Assembly: GCA_963840855.1 (NCBI GenBank)
Contig: CAWJBB010000065.1
Location: 32,001-96,000, forward strand
DNA from: an uncultured delta proteobacterium
GTDB lineage: Bacteria; Desulfobacterota; Binatia; UBA9968
Direction of reading: 5' to 3'
DNA: 64,000 bases
Part shown: positions 1 through 9,284 of the stretch, piece after piece
Layout: each line of letters begins with the position of its first letter
How positions within the stretch are numbered: the stretch's first letter is position 1
Notes under the pieces: generated by a model
Told to the model about the DNA's origin: nothing
Seen by the model: only the letters and a program-made list of their open reading frames with translations
Database searches by the model: none
Translations under genes and position numbers: made by a program

Positions 1-991
1 CAACATAAGTGAACACCCAAGTCTCGACATCGGCTTGCCATGGCACGGCTGTGGTAGTTTCAACCAGGCTACGCAAATTCTCCTCGCTCTCGCGGAGAGA
101 TTCCTCTGCAGCTTTGCGCGCCAAAGCGTTGGCGAAGATTTCGCCGAGCAAGCGCTGCCTCTGCAACAACTCCGAGGGCATCTCATGCTCTTCCCAAACG
201 GTGTTGAGGCCTAGAACGCCGATCACCCTTCCGCCCGTCACCATCGGGACGCTGTAGGAGGATCGCACGTGGTATTTCTCATAGGTGGCGCGATCGGTGC
301 GCGCCGCCAGCGGCAGCATCTCCAGACTGCGCAGACAGACGTCGCGACCAGCGAACAATTCCTCAGCCGACCAGGGAAAATCCTTATCGGTGAGACCTGA
401 GGGAATTTCCGGCACTCCCTCCGGTCTCCAGATGTAGGCGACTCGTCCCTGCCCGTCCCGTCCGGTGAATATGGATAACGCGGCGATATCGAACCTCAAC
501 AACCTCGCAACCTGGCCCAGAGCTGAGACAATCTCGTCTTCCACATCCTCCGAAGGCAGGTTGATGAACGTGTTCGACAGCTCTGAAACCAGTTGTTCGA
601 AGCGCAGACGTTCTTCCACTTTCTGTTGCACGAGGCGTCGTCGACGCCGCTCCCGGAGCAAGAAGCTAATTAAAACGGTCTGCAGAACGCACAGCCCCAA
701 GACCAGAATAATCGGCCATTTATACCGCTCCCAGATCGTCGCTCGGCCAAACTCAACGATACTGCCGAGCAGCGGACGGTCCTGATAGATATCGACCGGC
801 TCCCCCAACTCCCGGGCAAGCGTGGTGCGCAAAGCAGATGCGGCGCCATTGAAAGGGGCGACGTCGCGGCCAAAGGAATCGAGAATCAAGACTCTTTTGG
901 GGGGAATATTGGCCGCGCCAAGCGCGTTCAGCATGAAAAGGGAAATCCCAACGATGGCTGACACCAGTACGAGCGATCCGGTTCGAGTCAT
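1..991 (-). CDS. Membrane sensor protein (signal/TM, short periplasmic segment, TM, GAF, start of PAS); probable histidine kinase or sigma54-type sensor, runs off the window start
   Basis: Manual minus-strand translation from ATG 991: MTRTGSLVLVSAIVGISLF...KRVLILDSFGRD...TIWERYKWPIILVLGLCVLQTVLISFLLRERRRRR...RFEQLVSELSNTFINLP (GAF entry)...RESEENLRSLVETTTAVPWQAD (PAS entry). Absent from the ORF track because no stop lies inside the window. Confidence 0.75.
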   Translation of the reverse strand, partial: MTRTGSLVLVSAIVGISLFMLNALGAANIPPKRVLILDSFGRDVAPFNGAASALRTTLARELGEPVDIYQDRPLLGSIVEFGRATIWERYKWPIILVLGLCVLQTVLISFLLRERRRRRLVQQKVEERLRFEQLVSELSNTFINLPSEDVEDEIVSALGQVARLLRFDIAALSIFTGRDGQGRVAYIWRPEGVPEIPSGLTDKDFPWSAEELFAGRDVCLRSLEMLPLAARTDRATYEKYHVRSSYSVPMVTGGRVIGVLGLNTVWEEHEMPSELLQRQRLLGEIFANALARKAAEESLRESEENLRSLVETTTAVPWQADVETWVFTYV

Positions 992-1162
992 TGGCGCGCG
1001 ATAAATCCTCACGGTAGATCAGTTCTTATCATGAAGAGCAAAGAAGGGAAGCGATGAGTATAGAAGCAGCAAGCTTTGTAAACCGGCAGCTGTGTTTTTT
1101 CCATATACCACGTCGGAAAAATGAGATTAATAGCCCCGACGAGCGGGCCGAAAGGTTTCCCT

Positions 1163-1192
1163 CCTGTGCGCGGCAAGCCTGTGCGCGGCAAG
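1163..1192. repeat. 15-bp direct tandem duplication CCTGTGCGCGGCAAG x2
   Basis: Exact duplication read from the sequence in the intergenic region. Confidence 0.85.
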
Positions 1193-1293
1193 CCTTGACG
1201 CATTAGTTGTTAGCCCATAAGGTTCGAACCGGGGTTTGGTTTACTTTATGTAAACACCGCCTCTTGAGGCGCTAACAACGTTATGGGGCGAAG

Positions 1294-1415
1294 CTGTGAA
1301 AAAATCCGTTCATGGTTCGACAGGCTCACCACGAACGGTGTGGCACAGACGGAAATCTAAATAGTTAGCCGTTCGTCCTGAGCTCGTCGAAGGGCGGACG
1401 GCGATTTTTTCACAG
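1294..1415. repeat. REP/MITE-like element with 13-bp terminal inverted repeats (CTGTGAAAAAATC...GATTTTTTCACAG)
   Basis: Core CCGTTCATGGTTCGACAGGCTCACCACGAACGG...CCGTTCGTCCTGAGCTCGTCGAAGGG; related copies near 8570, 22670 and 31935. Confidence 0.75.
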
Positions 1416-1460
1416 GTTCGGGTTCCAAAGGGGGGCGAGCGAAGGGCTTCGTTTATTTTG

Positions 1461-2477
1461 ATGATGGCTGTGCAAGGTTTCGGGAATTTAGGCGTTGGAG
1501 TCGACGGCACAACCTCCACAGCCGAGACTCTGGAGCTTGCCAAGGAGGCCGATGCTTTAGGTTTTCATAGCTTCTGGCTCTCCGAGGGATACCATACTAG
1601 AAGCGCGGTTGTGCGGGCTACGGTTATCGCGACCTCAACCAGCACGATACGGATAGGCCTAGGAATCCTCAGTCCCCACACAAAGCATCCCGCGCTACTC
1701 GCGATGGAGGCAGCTTCCCTTGATGAACTGGCTCGTGGGCGGGTAATCCTAGGTGTGGGAAGGGTCTTAAACGCTCTGCGGAAGCAGGGGCTGGAGCAAG
1801 CGGGAACCACGCAGCTAGTCAAGGAATCGATCGACCTCATCAGAGGATTCTTGAGCGGTCAATGGGTTCAATATAACGGCACTCGATTTAGCATTCCTGC
1901 GCCGGGCAGCCGGCTCGGACTCGAACCGTCCAAAGATTTACCAATCTACGTGGGCGCAACTGGGCCGGCAATGCTCCGGCTGGCTGGCGAGTACGCAGAC
2001 GGAGTCCTTTTCAACTATCCTTGCACCCCGGGCTTCATCGCATACGCAATGCCGTTCCTCGAGGAAGGACTCAGGCGCTCAGGCAGGACGATAGACAATT
2101 TTGATATCGCGGCATACCTGCTCGTCGGGGTGGACGCGGACGAGAAAAGAGCCCTGGGCGCCGCCAAGCAGTTCGTTGCGCAGAAGCTACCGTCCAGGCA
2201 TTCTCAGATGCTTCGACATGCAGGGGTAAGCGAGCCGGAGATCAGTCTCGCTAGAGACCGCCTGGAAAAGCTTGGCCTGGCGGGAGCGGCCGCGGCGCTT
2301 GATGATGCGCTGGCTCGCAAGGTCACGATCGCAGGCACTCCCGACCAAGTTATAGAAGGGCTAAGGCAATATCGCGGTTCAGGTCTTAAGCTACCGATTA
2401 TCTGGGAAATCATCGGCCCGAATCGGCGGCGTTCACTGAGCCTCATAGCTAAAGAGGTGATGCCGAGACTACTTTAG
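1461..2477 (+). CDS. LLM-class (luciferase-like) flavin/F420-dependent oxidoreductase, Mer-like
   Basis: LAKEADALGFHSFWLSE, IRIGLGILSP..HPALLAMEAASLDELARGRVILGVG, PIYVGATGPAMLRLAGEYADGV, IAGTPDQV. Confidence 0.88.
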   Translation: MMAVQGFGNLGVGVDGTTSTAETLELAKEADALGFHSFWLSEGYHTRSAVVRATVIATSTSTIRIGLGILSPHTKHPALLAMEAASLDELARGRVILGVGRVLNALRKQGLEQAGTTQLVKESIDLIRGFLSGQWVQYNGTRFSIPAPGSRLGLEPSKDLPIYVGATGPAMLRLAGEYADGVLFNYPCTPGFIAYAMPFLEEGLRRSGRTIDNFDIAAYLLVGVDADEKRALGAAKQFVAQKLPSRHSQMLRHAGVSEPEISLARDRLEKLGLAGAAAALDDALARKVTIAGTPDQVIEGLRQYRGSGLKLPIIWEIIGPNRRRSLSLIAKEVMPRLL

Positions 2478-2527
2478 ACCGAAGGTACAGAGAGACACAG
2501 CACGTCCCAACGCCGTTTTGCTGTTTC

Positions 2528-2644
2528 GAACTTTGCGTCTTGGCGACTTGGCGGGAGATATATCCGGATTCGGAGAAGAGTTATATCGCGCAAAGCATGT
2601 CCTGAGCCCTTCGGCTGTGCTCAGGATAAACTCCGTCGAAGGGA
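2528..2644. repeat. Cluster of REP-like palindromes (CTTTGCGTCTTGGCGACTTGGCG; CATGTCCTGAGC...GTCGAAGGG with a nested CCTTCGGCTGTGCTCAGG unit)
   Basis: Same motifs recur at about 18975-19055, 25760-25875 and 27203-27310. Confidence 0.6.
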
Positions 2645-2686
2645 TTAACTTTTCAAAAGTATGAATCTGAGGAGGAAAAGCAAATA

Positions 2687-4984
2687 ATGGCTGAGTACAG
2701 GGTGATAGGCACTTCGGTAGAGCGAGTAGATGGTCCAGAGATGCTAACCGGTCAGGCTCTGTATGGACCTGATATGAAGCTGCCCAACATGTTGTGGGGA
2801 AAAATTTTACGGAGCCCGATACCGCACGGAAAAGTTCTGCGCGTCGACGTGGAAAAGGCAAAGAAACAGCCGGGGGTGAAGGCGGTGATTTGCGCGCGCG
2901 ACGTACCGGCGCGCCGATATGGATATGCGATCGAAGATGAATACATTTTTGCCATCGATAAAGTCGTCTATGTCGGACAACCGGTAGCGGCGGTAGCGGC
3001 GCTTGATGAGGAAACCGCCGAAGAAGCGCTGTCCTTGATCGATGTCGATTACGAGGAGTTACCGGCGGTCTTTGAGGCCGAGGAAGCCATCCGTGATGGC
3101 GCGCCGTTAGTTCATGAAGTAGACAAATACAACGCGAGATCCGTCTATCTGGCTTCCTGGCATCCGGTGCCCGGCACCAACATCATTCATCAAGCCTCCA
3201 ACCAACGCGGCGACGTAGAAGCGGCCCTGAAGAAGGCTGACTACGTTTTCGAAGACACTTTTCGCGCCAGCCAGATCCACCACAGCTACATGGAGCCCCA
3301 TGCGACACTCGTCGCGGTCCTCGGCGGCACGATTACCGTGTGGACCTGCTCCCAAGAAGTTTTTGAGCTGCGCACCGTCATGGCCGGCCTTTTCGACGTA
3401 CCGGAAAGCAAAATACGGGTGATCTGTACGAAGGTAGGCGGAGGATTCGGCGGAAAAATTGAACCGCGTCTTGAGCCGATCACCATCGCCCTGGCCATGA
3501 AGAGCGGCAAGCCGGTGAAAATCGTCATGACCAGGACGGACGAATTTACCGCAGCCGCCGGGTCGACGCCGGCATTGGTTAAACTCAAGACCGGCGTCAT
3601 GAAAGACGGGACTCTAGTCGCCAGAGATATCAGTTTTCTCTGGAATACCGGCGCCCACGCCGAAGGATTGGCGCCGAGCAATCGGGCCATGAAGGACGGC
3701 ATCGGCCCCTACCGGATCCCTGACATTCGTGTGACCTCCACTCTGGTATACACGAATAGGATTCGCGGCACGCAACTGCGGGGCTTGGGCGTGCCAGAGG
3801 GAGCGTGGGCCATAGAGTCGCAGATGGATATGATTGCCGAGCGGCTTGGCGTGGATTCGTTGGAGTTGCGGCTGAAAAATATACTTCACGAGGGTGATAT
3901 CAATGCTATAGGCGACGCCGTGCAGAGTATCGGCTTACGGGAATGTCTGGAAAAAGTCGCGGCAGAGATTGGCTGGGGAAAACCCAAACCAAGCAAGGTC
4001 GGGCGAGGCCTGGCGGTGATCGCCAAGTCGCCAACGACGCACTCGAGCATTTCCGGCGCCCATGTTCAGTTCAACGAGGACGGCAGTGCGCAGGTGCTGG
4101 TGGGAGCGTCCGAAATAGGCCAGGGCATGTGTGTGGTCTTATGCCAAATCGCAGCCGAAGCGCTCGGGATTCCGGTTGGGTCTGTGGGAATTACCTGCGC
4201 CGACACCGGCGCAACGCCCTACGACCGCGGGACATTCTCGAGTCGCGTCACGTTTTATACCGGCATGGCGGTCAAAAAAGCTGCCGAGGACGCGAAAAAG
4301 CAGCTCCTCGAAATGGCTTCGAAGATGGCTGAGATTCCAGAAAGCGACCTGGCTGTCGAGAACCAATGCGTTGTGTCGATGAAGCAACCGCAGTTTTCAC
4401 TCCCTTATAGAAAAGTTCTGGAGCAAGCTCACAATCGCGAGAAACCGATCCTGGGCAGGGGCTGGTACGGAGGAAAAGGCGATTACCCATCGCTCCCCCA
4501 CAAAGCGCAGGGAAAAGAATACGTGCCTGGCTGGAAATACGCGGCCCAAGCGGTGGAGGTCGAGGTCGATGACGAAACCGGAATGATCAAAGCCAGAAGA
4601 ATTGCCTCCGCTCACGATGTTGGCACGGCTCTCAATCCGCTGAGCGTCAGGGGTCAGATCACCGGTGGGGTCGTGATGGGACTTGGGTATGCGCTTCATG
4701 AAAGGCTGCAGTTTGAAGACGGGAGGGTCATCAATCCCTCGTTTATGGATTACAAGTTGCCGTCGGCTGAACAAATTCCAGAAATAGTTTCGATCCCTGT
4801 GGAGGTTCCACTGCCGGAAGGGCCCTATGGCGCCAAAGGCATTGGCGAGCTCGCAGTGGTTGGCATTGCTCCCGCCATCGGCAACGCGATCTACGATGCG
4901 TTAAAGGTAAGAATCAAGGAGCTGCCGCTTTTCCCGGAGCGCGTCCTCGCCGCTATTGAGAGTGGAGGCGCGAAAGATACGTGA
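2687..4984 (+). CDS. Xanthine dehydrogenase-family molybdopterin-binding large subunit (CoxL/HcrA-like; not CO dehydrogenase)
   Basis: LRSPIPHG, HSYMEPH, VGGGFGGK, QLRGLG active-site loop, GASEIGQG, GTFSSR, GQITGG..MGLG, GAKGIGE. Confidence 0.92.
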   Translation: MAEYRVIGTSVERVDGPEMLTGQALYGPDMKLPNMLWGKILRSPIPHGKVLRVDVEKAKKQPGVKAVICARDVPARRYGYAIEDEYIFAIDKVVYVGQPVAAVAALDEETAEEALSLIDVDYEELPAVFEAEEAIRDGAPLVHEVDKYNARSVYLASWHPVPGTNIIHQASNQRGDVEAALKKADYVFEDTFRASQIHHSYMEPHATLVAVLGGTITVWTCSQEVFELRTVMAGLFDVPESKIRVICTKVGGGFGGKIEPRLEPITIALAMKSGKPVKIVMTRTDEFTAAAGSTPALVKLKTGVMKDGTLVARDISFLWNTGAHAEGLAPSNRAMKDGIGPYRIPDIRVTSTLVYTNRIRGTQLRGLGVPEGAWAIESQMDMIAERLGVDSLELRLKNILHEGDINAIGDAVQSIGLRECLEKVAAEIGWGKPKPSKVGRGLAVIAKSPTTHSSISGAHVQFNEDGSAQVLVGASEIGQGMCVVLCQIAAEALGIPVGSVGITCADTGATPYDRGTFSSRVTFYTGMAVKKAAEDAKKQLLEMASKMAEIPESDLAVENQCVVSMKQPQFSLPYRKVLEQAHNREKPILGRGWYGGKGDYPSLPHKAQGKEYVPGWKYAAQAVEVEVDDETGMIKARRIASAHDVGTALNPLSVRGQITGGVVMGLGYALHERLQFEDGRVINPSFMDYKLPSAEQIPEIVSIPVEVPLPEGPYGAKGIGELAVVGIAPAIGNAIYDALKVRIKELPLFPERVLAAIESGGAKDT

Positions 4985-6439
4985 CTATCCGCCTCGACAA
5001 GTAAGAGATAATTGGCCGCGAACCGGCTTTTCGCCGCGGCAAGTCTCGACCCCGGCAAAAGGGACGGCTGTCAATGGAGGTTTGAGATGCCTTTCAAGGA
5101 TCTGAGAGAATTTTTGAAGTTACTTGAAGAAAAAGGCGAACTGCTCAAAACCAAAAAACCGGTTGATGTAAAGTTCGAAATTTCGTCGTACATCCGCAAG
5201 ACCAGCGATCAACATGGCCCGGCATTACTCTTCGAGAACGTCAAAAATTTCAATATGCCCGTAGTGGGCGGCGTCTTTGCCACGCGCGAGAGAGCTTTTC
5301 TCGCGCTGGAATCGTCGCCCCAAGACTATGTCAATCGATTTGAACACGCTCTGGACCATGTAGTGCCGCCAAAGTTGGTTTCGACCGCGCCGTGCAAGGA
5401 GGTTGTCCACACCGGCAAGGATGTCGACCTCACGCGGCTTCCCATACCGACTTTTTCGGAAAAGGATCCCGCGCCTTTCATTACGCTCGGCTTATGCATC
5501 AGTCGCGATCCGAAAGGGGGAGGGAAAAATACTTCCATATACAGGCTGCAGCTCAAAGGACGCAACCGGCTGGGAATCATGGCGCAGCAGCTGGTGCGCC
5601 AGCTCACCGAAGCTGAGTCCATCGGGAGGGGTCTACCCATCGCCATCGCCATCGGCACCGATCCGGTGCTTGCGCTCGCCACCCAGTGGATGGCGCCCTA
5701 CGGCACTGATGAGTTGGCCCTGGCCGGGGCGTTGCGAGGCGAGCCGGTGGCAGTGGTCAAGGCGGAAACGGTGGATCTCGAGGTGCCGGCCACGGCTGAA
5801 ATTATTATCGAGGGGATGGTTCTTCCCAACGTTCGGGAAGAAGAAGGGCCGTTCGGCGAAGTGTCGGGTTATTATACACCTGCGAATCCCAAGCCCATCA
5901 TTGAAGTGAGCGCGATCACACACCGCAGAGATCCGATCTATCAGGCCGCGCTCACAGGCATGCCAACCACGGAGAATCATGTTCTCAAGCAGCTGCCTCT
6001 GGAAGCGAGTTTTTATTGGCAGCTCAAAAAGGAATTTCCCGGTGTGACCGCGGTTCATTTTCCCGCCGCCGGCACCGTAGGCATGACTTGCGTGATCGCC
6101 ATGAATCAGGCGTACGAGTGCGAGGCGAGAAACGTCATCGCGGCGATGATCGGCACGCGCCGCAACAAGATCACTATTGTCGTCGATGACGATGTCGATA
6201 TCTTCGACATGGAAAAAGTCTGGTGGGCGATCGCTACTCGGACACAGGCCGATGAAGACGTGATCATTTTCCCCCGCGTGGTGGCGACGGCGATGGACCC
6301 CTCCGTGCGAAAGCTGCGCGTCGGCTCTAGTCTAGTTTCTGTCGCGAAACTCGCAACTCACTGCTAAATCAAGAATTTTTTACTTCTTAGTTTCATTTTT
6401 TACTTGACAAGCATGTATGCCTTATGGCACACATAGAAC

Positions 6440-6787
6440 ATGTCGCGCAAAACTGAAACTGCCGCCGATGTCGAGCAATGGTTCCAAAAACAAGCCGCAG
6501 GGCTGTGGCCGGCTGCGCTGGGGTCGTTGAGCCTGCGGCGAAGTCCCTGCGTGCGCGAACACTGCGCAGCCTGCCGTTCGGGCGAACAGCACCCCAGTCA
6601 TATCCTATACGTGCGCATTAAAGGACGCCGCTTTGCGATTTACATCCCAGAGCCATTGGTCCCAGAGATACGGCTTAGCCTCGACAACGGCCGTGTTCTT
6701 CAGGAGCTGCTGCATCAAACCGCTCTTCGATATACCAAAGCCCTCAAGCATCAAAGGACCACAAAGATTCAAAAGATCAAACCATGA
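6440..6787 (+). CDS. IS accessory protein with a Cys/His cluster (DUF6788-like)
   Basis: GSLSLRRSPCVREHCAACRSGEQHP motif; inside the IS, overlapping the transposase start (ATGA). Confidence 0.7.
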   Translation: MSRKTETAADVEQWFQKQAAGLWPAALGSLSLRRSPCVREHCAACRSGEQHPSHILYVRIKGRRFAIYIPEPLVPEIRLSLDNGRVLQELLHQTALRYTKALKHQRTTKIQKIKP

Positions 6788-8202
6788 CAAGAGTCGTCGA
6801 GCCGCAAGTCAGCTTCGCTGATCTGGAATTTCTCACTCAGGGGATCGATCTCGACCCGATTCTCAAGAGGATGTCCGACTTCCTCGATTATCGGCCACAG
6901 ATCATCGAGCCGGTGCGCCAAGATCTTCAGCGGGGTCTGAAAAAGCCTGCCACCGGCCGCACAGCCATGACCCCGGCGCAGGTGCTTCGGTCGCTGATCC
7001 TGATGCGAGTGAAGAACTGGGACTATCGGGAACTCAGCGAACGAATCGCTGACGGATACACGCTGCGCCGATTCACGGGTTTTTACAGCCGGCGCGTACC
7101 CAAGCATGACGCTTTCAATCGGGCCTTTAATAAACTTCACCCCAAAACCATACAAGCCATCAATGACTTGGTCCTTAAAGCTGCCGTCGATCTGGGACTG
7201 GAGGACGGCAAGAGACTGCGCGTCGATACGACGGTCACCGAAACCGATATCCATCATCCAACCGATAATACTTTGCTCTGGGATATAGTGCGCGTCCTGA
7301 CGCGGCTCATCGATCGTCTCGGAAAACTTCTTCCCAATGGGATCGATAACTTTACTAACCGCACACGCTGTGCACGGCGTCGCATGCAAGAGATCCAACG
7401 CATGACAGCGAGGCAACGCCACACCCAGCAAAAGGGTAAATATCGCCAACTCATCGGGACCACCGAGCAGGTCGTCCAAAATGCCCGAGGGGTGCTCGAA
7501 AAGACCAAAGATCAATGCGCTGTTGACCTGATGGACGACATTATCATTAACGAGCTTCGAAGAAAGATCGATCACTACTGCCAACTCGGCACCCGCGTCA
7601 TCGATCAGAGCAGCCGACGCGTGCTCAAGGGAGAGCAGGTTCCAACCGAGGAGAAAATCTACTCGATCTTTGAACCCCACAGTGATCTGATCAAGCGGGG
7701 GAAAGTACAAAAACCGATGGAGTTCGGCCACAAGATCTTTCTCGCTGAAAGTGCCCGCGGTTTGATCACCCAGTACCGCGTGCTTGAAGGTAATCCCTCC
7801 GATCACATCCACGTCACACCGTCGCTGAAGCGTCATCAGGAGACTTTCGGTTTGGCTCCCGATTGGTACAGTGGTGACCGCGGCTTTTTCAGCGCTGAGA
7901 ACATCAAAGCATGCCAGGATAGCACTGTGAAGCTCGTCTGCATTCCGCAGTGCGGTGGCAAAAGAACCTCCCAACGCGAAGCGCTCGAAAAGAGCTCAGA
8001 GTTCAAGAAAGGACAACGCTTCCGCGCAGGCATTGAGGGCCGCATATCCGTGCTCTTTCGCGGCCGCGGCATGAAGCGCTGTCTGGCCGAGGGACCTGAG
8101 CGCTTTGAGGTGTTGGTCGGCGCCGCTGTGCTTACCAACAACCTCATGAACATCGCTCACCTGTTAAACCAAAAGAACAAACGGCTACGACGAGCGGCGT
8201 AG
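6784..8202 (+). CDS. DDE transposase (IS5/ISNCY-like)
   Basis: RVDTTVTETDIHHPTD, KIYSIFEPHSDLIKRGK..KPMEFGHK, GDRGFFS, FRAGIEGRIS. Confidence 0.92.
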   Translation: MTRVVEPQVSFADLEFLTQGIDLDPILKRMSDFLDYRPQIIEPVRQDLQRGLKKPATGRTAMTPAQVLRSLILMRVKNWDYRELSERIADGYTLRRFTGFYSRRVPKHDAFNRAFNKLHPKTIQAINDLVLKAAVDLGLEDGKRLRVDTTVTETDIHHPTDNTLLWDIVRVLTRLIDRLGKLLPNGIDNFTNRTRCARRRMQEIQRMTARQRHTQQKGKYRQLIGTTEQVVQNARGVLEKTKDQCAVDLMDDIIINELRRKIDHYCQLGTRVIDQSSRRVLKGEQVPTEEKIYSIFEPHSDLIKRGKVQKPMEFGHKIFLAESARGLITQYRVLEGNPSDHIHVTPSLKRHQETFGLAPDWYSGDRGFFSAENIKACQDSTVKLVCIPQCGGKRTSQREALEKSSEFKKGQRFRAGIEGRISVLFRGRGMKRCLAEGPERFEVLVGAAVLTNNLMNIAHLLNQKNKRLRRAA

Positions 8203-8629
8203 CCACTGTCGCTCTCAAACGTTCATTCGACGCTCCCTGGGCGTAGTCTTTTCTGCCATCACTGCGCGGTCCATCGAACACCCCACACGACTCTTTGCTG
8301 TCCACTTTCAGCTCAAAATGATACAACTATGTCAGAGAAAAAACTTGACCCATGTCGCACCCGTAAGATTTTTTGCGAGTTTCGCGACAGAAACTAGTCT
8401 AGGCATCGATGCCACCAAGCCCTTCGGCCAGCGCTTTCCGGAAATCGTCAAGGTGCCGGGCGTGGAGGGCGTTTCGCTGGATGATTTGAGGGACTGAGAA
8501 ATAATGAAGTTAACAAATGCATTGTCACGCCAGTGTCTGTCATCGCGGTCCTCGGGCTGCGCCAGACTGTGTGAAAACTCCGTTCATGGTTCGACTGGGC
8601 TCACCACGAACGGATATCGGACATTACAA

Positions 8630-8767
8630 ATGAAGCTCCTCGGAGCAAAGCTCCGAGGTATCTTTGCGAAATTCTCCGAAGCCCTTCCACCCTCCTTCGC
8701 CAAGGCTACGGAGGGTTCTCCTCACCTTCATCCTCGCAGCAAGCTGCGAGGTATTCGGCGAAGGAGA
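8630..8767 (-). mobile_element. Miniature non-autonomous IS200/IS605-type element (PATE-like), family A copy 1, inserted inside a REP element
   Basis: 138 bp; in minus orientation it follows TTGAT, starts TCTCCTTCGCCGAATA + hairpin CCTCGCAGC-TT-GCTGCGAGG and ends with hairpin CCTCGGAGC-TTT-GCTCCGAGG + AGCTTCAT; no target duplication. Confidence 0.78.
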
Positions 8768-8814
8768 ATCAAGCATATAACCGTTCGCCGCTCGTGATTC
8801 ACGAGGAAGATTAG

Positions 8815-9264
8815 ATGAAGTTTCACGGCGACTTGTTGATCGCGCGACCTGTAGAAGAGGTATGGGAATTTTTGTGGGACATCGAAAAGTTGTCCCGCTG
8901 CATCCCCGGATGCCAGGCTGTCAAGACCGTGAAAGAGCGCGAGAAATACCAATTGAGCGTAAAGGACAGCGTCGGCCCCATCACTGTGCAGTTTGAATTG
9001 TTGGCTGACGTGAAAAAGCTGGAGCCGTTGAAGCGAATCGAGATTGCCATGGAGGGGAAGGATTTCAAGGCGGGAGGCGTGCGCCAGACGATGATCCTCG
9101 CGCTCACCCCAAACGGTAATGATACTCAGGTGGATTTCGAGACCGACGTCAACGTGTTCGGAAGATTAGGCACTCTCGGTTATTCGTTTGTGAAGAGAAA
9201 AGCAGAGGCCGTCATCAAAGAGTTCGGAGACAATGTTAAGGGTGCTATCGAGGCAAATTCCTAA
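8815..9264 (+). CDS. coxG: CoxG/SRPBCC-family protein
   Basis: VEEVWEFLWDIEKLSRCIPGC...VGPI...VFGRLGTLG; directly upstream of CoxM/S/L-type genes. Confidence 0.8.
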   Translation: MKFHGDLLIARPVEEVWEFLWDIEKLSRCIPGCQAVKTVKEREKYQLSVKDSVGPITVQFELLADVKKLEPLKRIEIAMEGKDFKAGGVRQTMILALTPNGNDTQVDFETDVNVFGRLGTLGYSFVKRKAEAVIKEFGDNVKGAIEANS

Positions 9265-9284
9265 ACGGGCGCAAGGGAGTTGTA

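Larger units (their letters stand above)
6336..8393 (+). mobile_element. Insertion sequence (IS5/ISNCY-like DDE), about 2.06 kb, two ORFs
   Basis: Perfect 21-bp terminal inverted repeats TTTCTGTCGCGAAACTCGCAA / TTGCGAGTTTCGCGACAGAAA; CTAGTCTAG duplicated at 6327-6335 and 8394-8402. The TIR/TSD boundary is ambiguous by up to 4 bp because CTAG is palindromic. Confidence 0.93.
5087..8497 (+). pseudogene. UbiD-family (prFMN) decarboxylase interrupted near its 3' end by an IS
   Basis: RBS GGAGG then ATG 5087; YRLQ and EEGPFGE motifs. Removing 6336-8402 restores ...VGSSLGIDATKPFGQRFPEIVKVPGVEGVSLDDLRD* (447 aa, TGA 8495-8497). Confidence 0.9.

Noticed and set aside
8630-8767. Mini-elements as TnpB omega-RNA guide loci (TTGAT equals the ISDra2 TAM)
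   Set aside because: No tnpB in the window, and the element is probably too short to hold both ends plus a full scaffold; not supportable without a genome-wide search.
8504-8797. Repeated small ORFs containing MKLLGAKLRGI...LRGIRRRRIK (also near 10544, 27042, 55808)
   Set aside because: They are translations of the miniature IS200/IS605-type element with variable starts, stops and frames.
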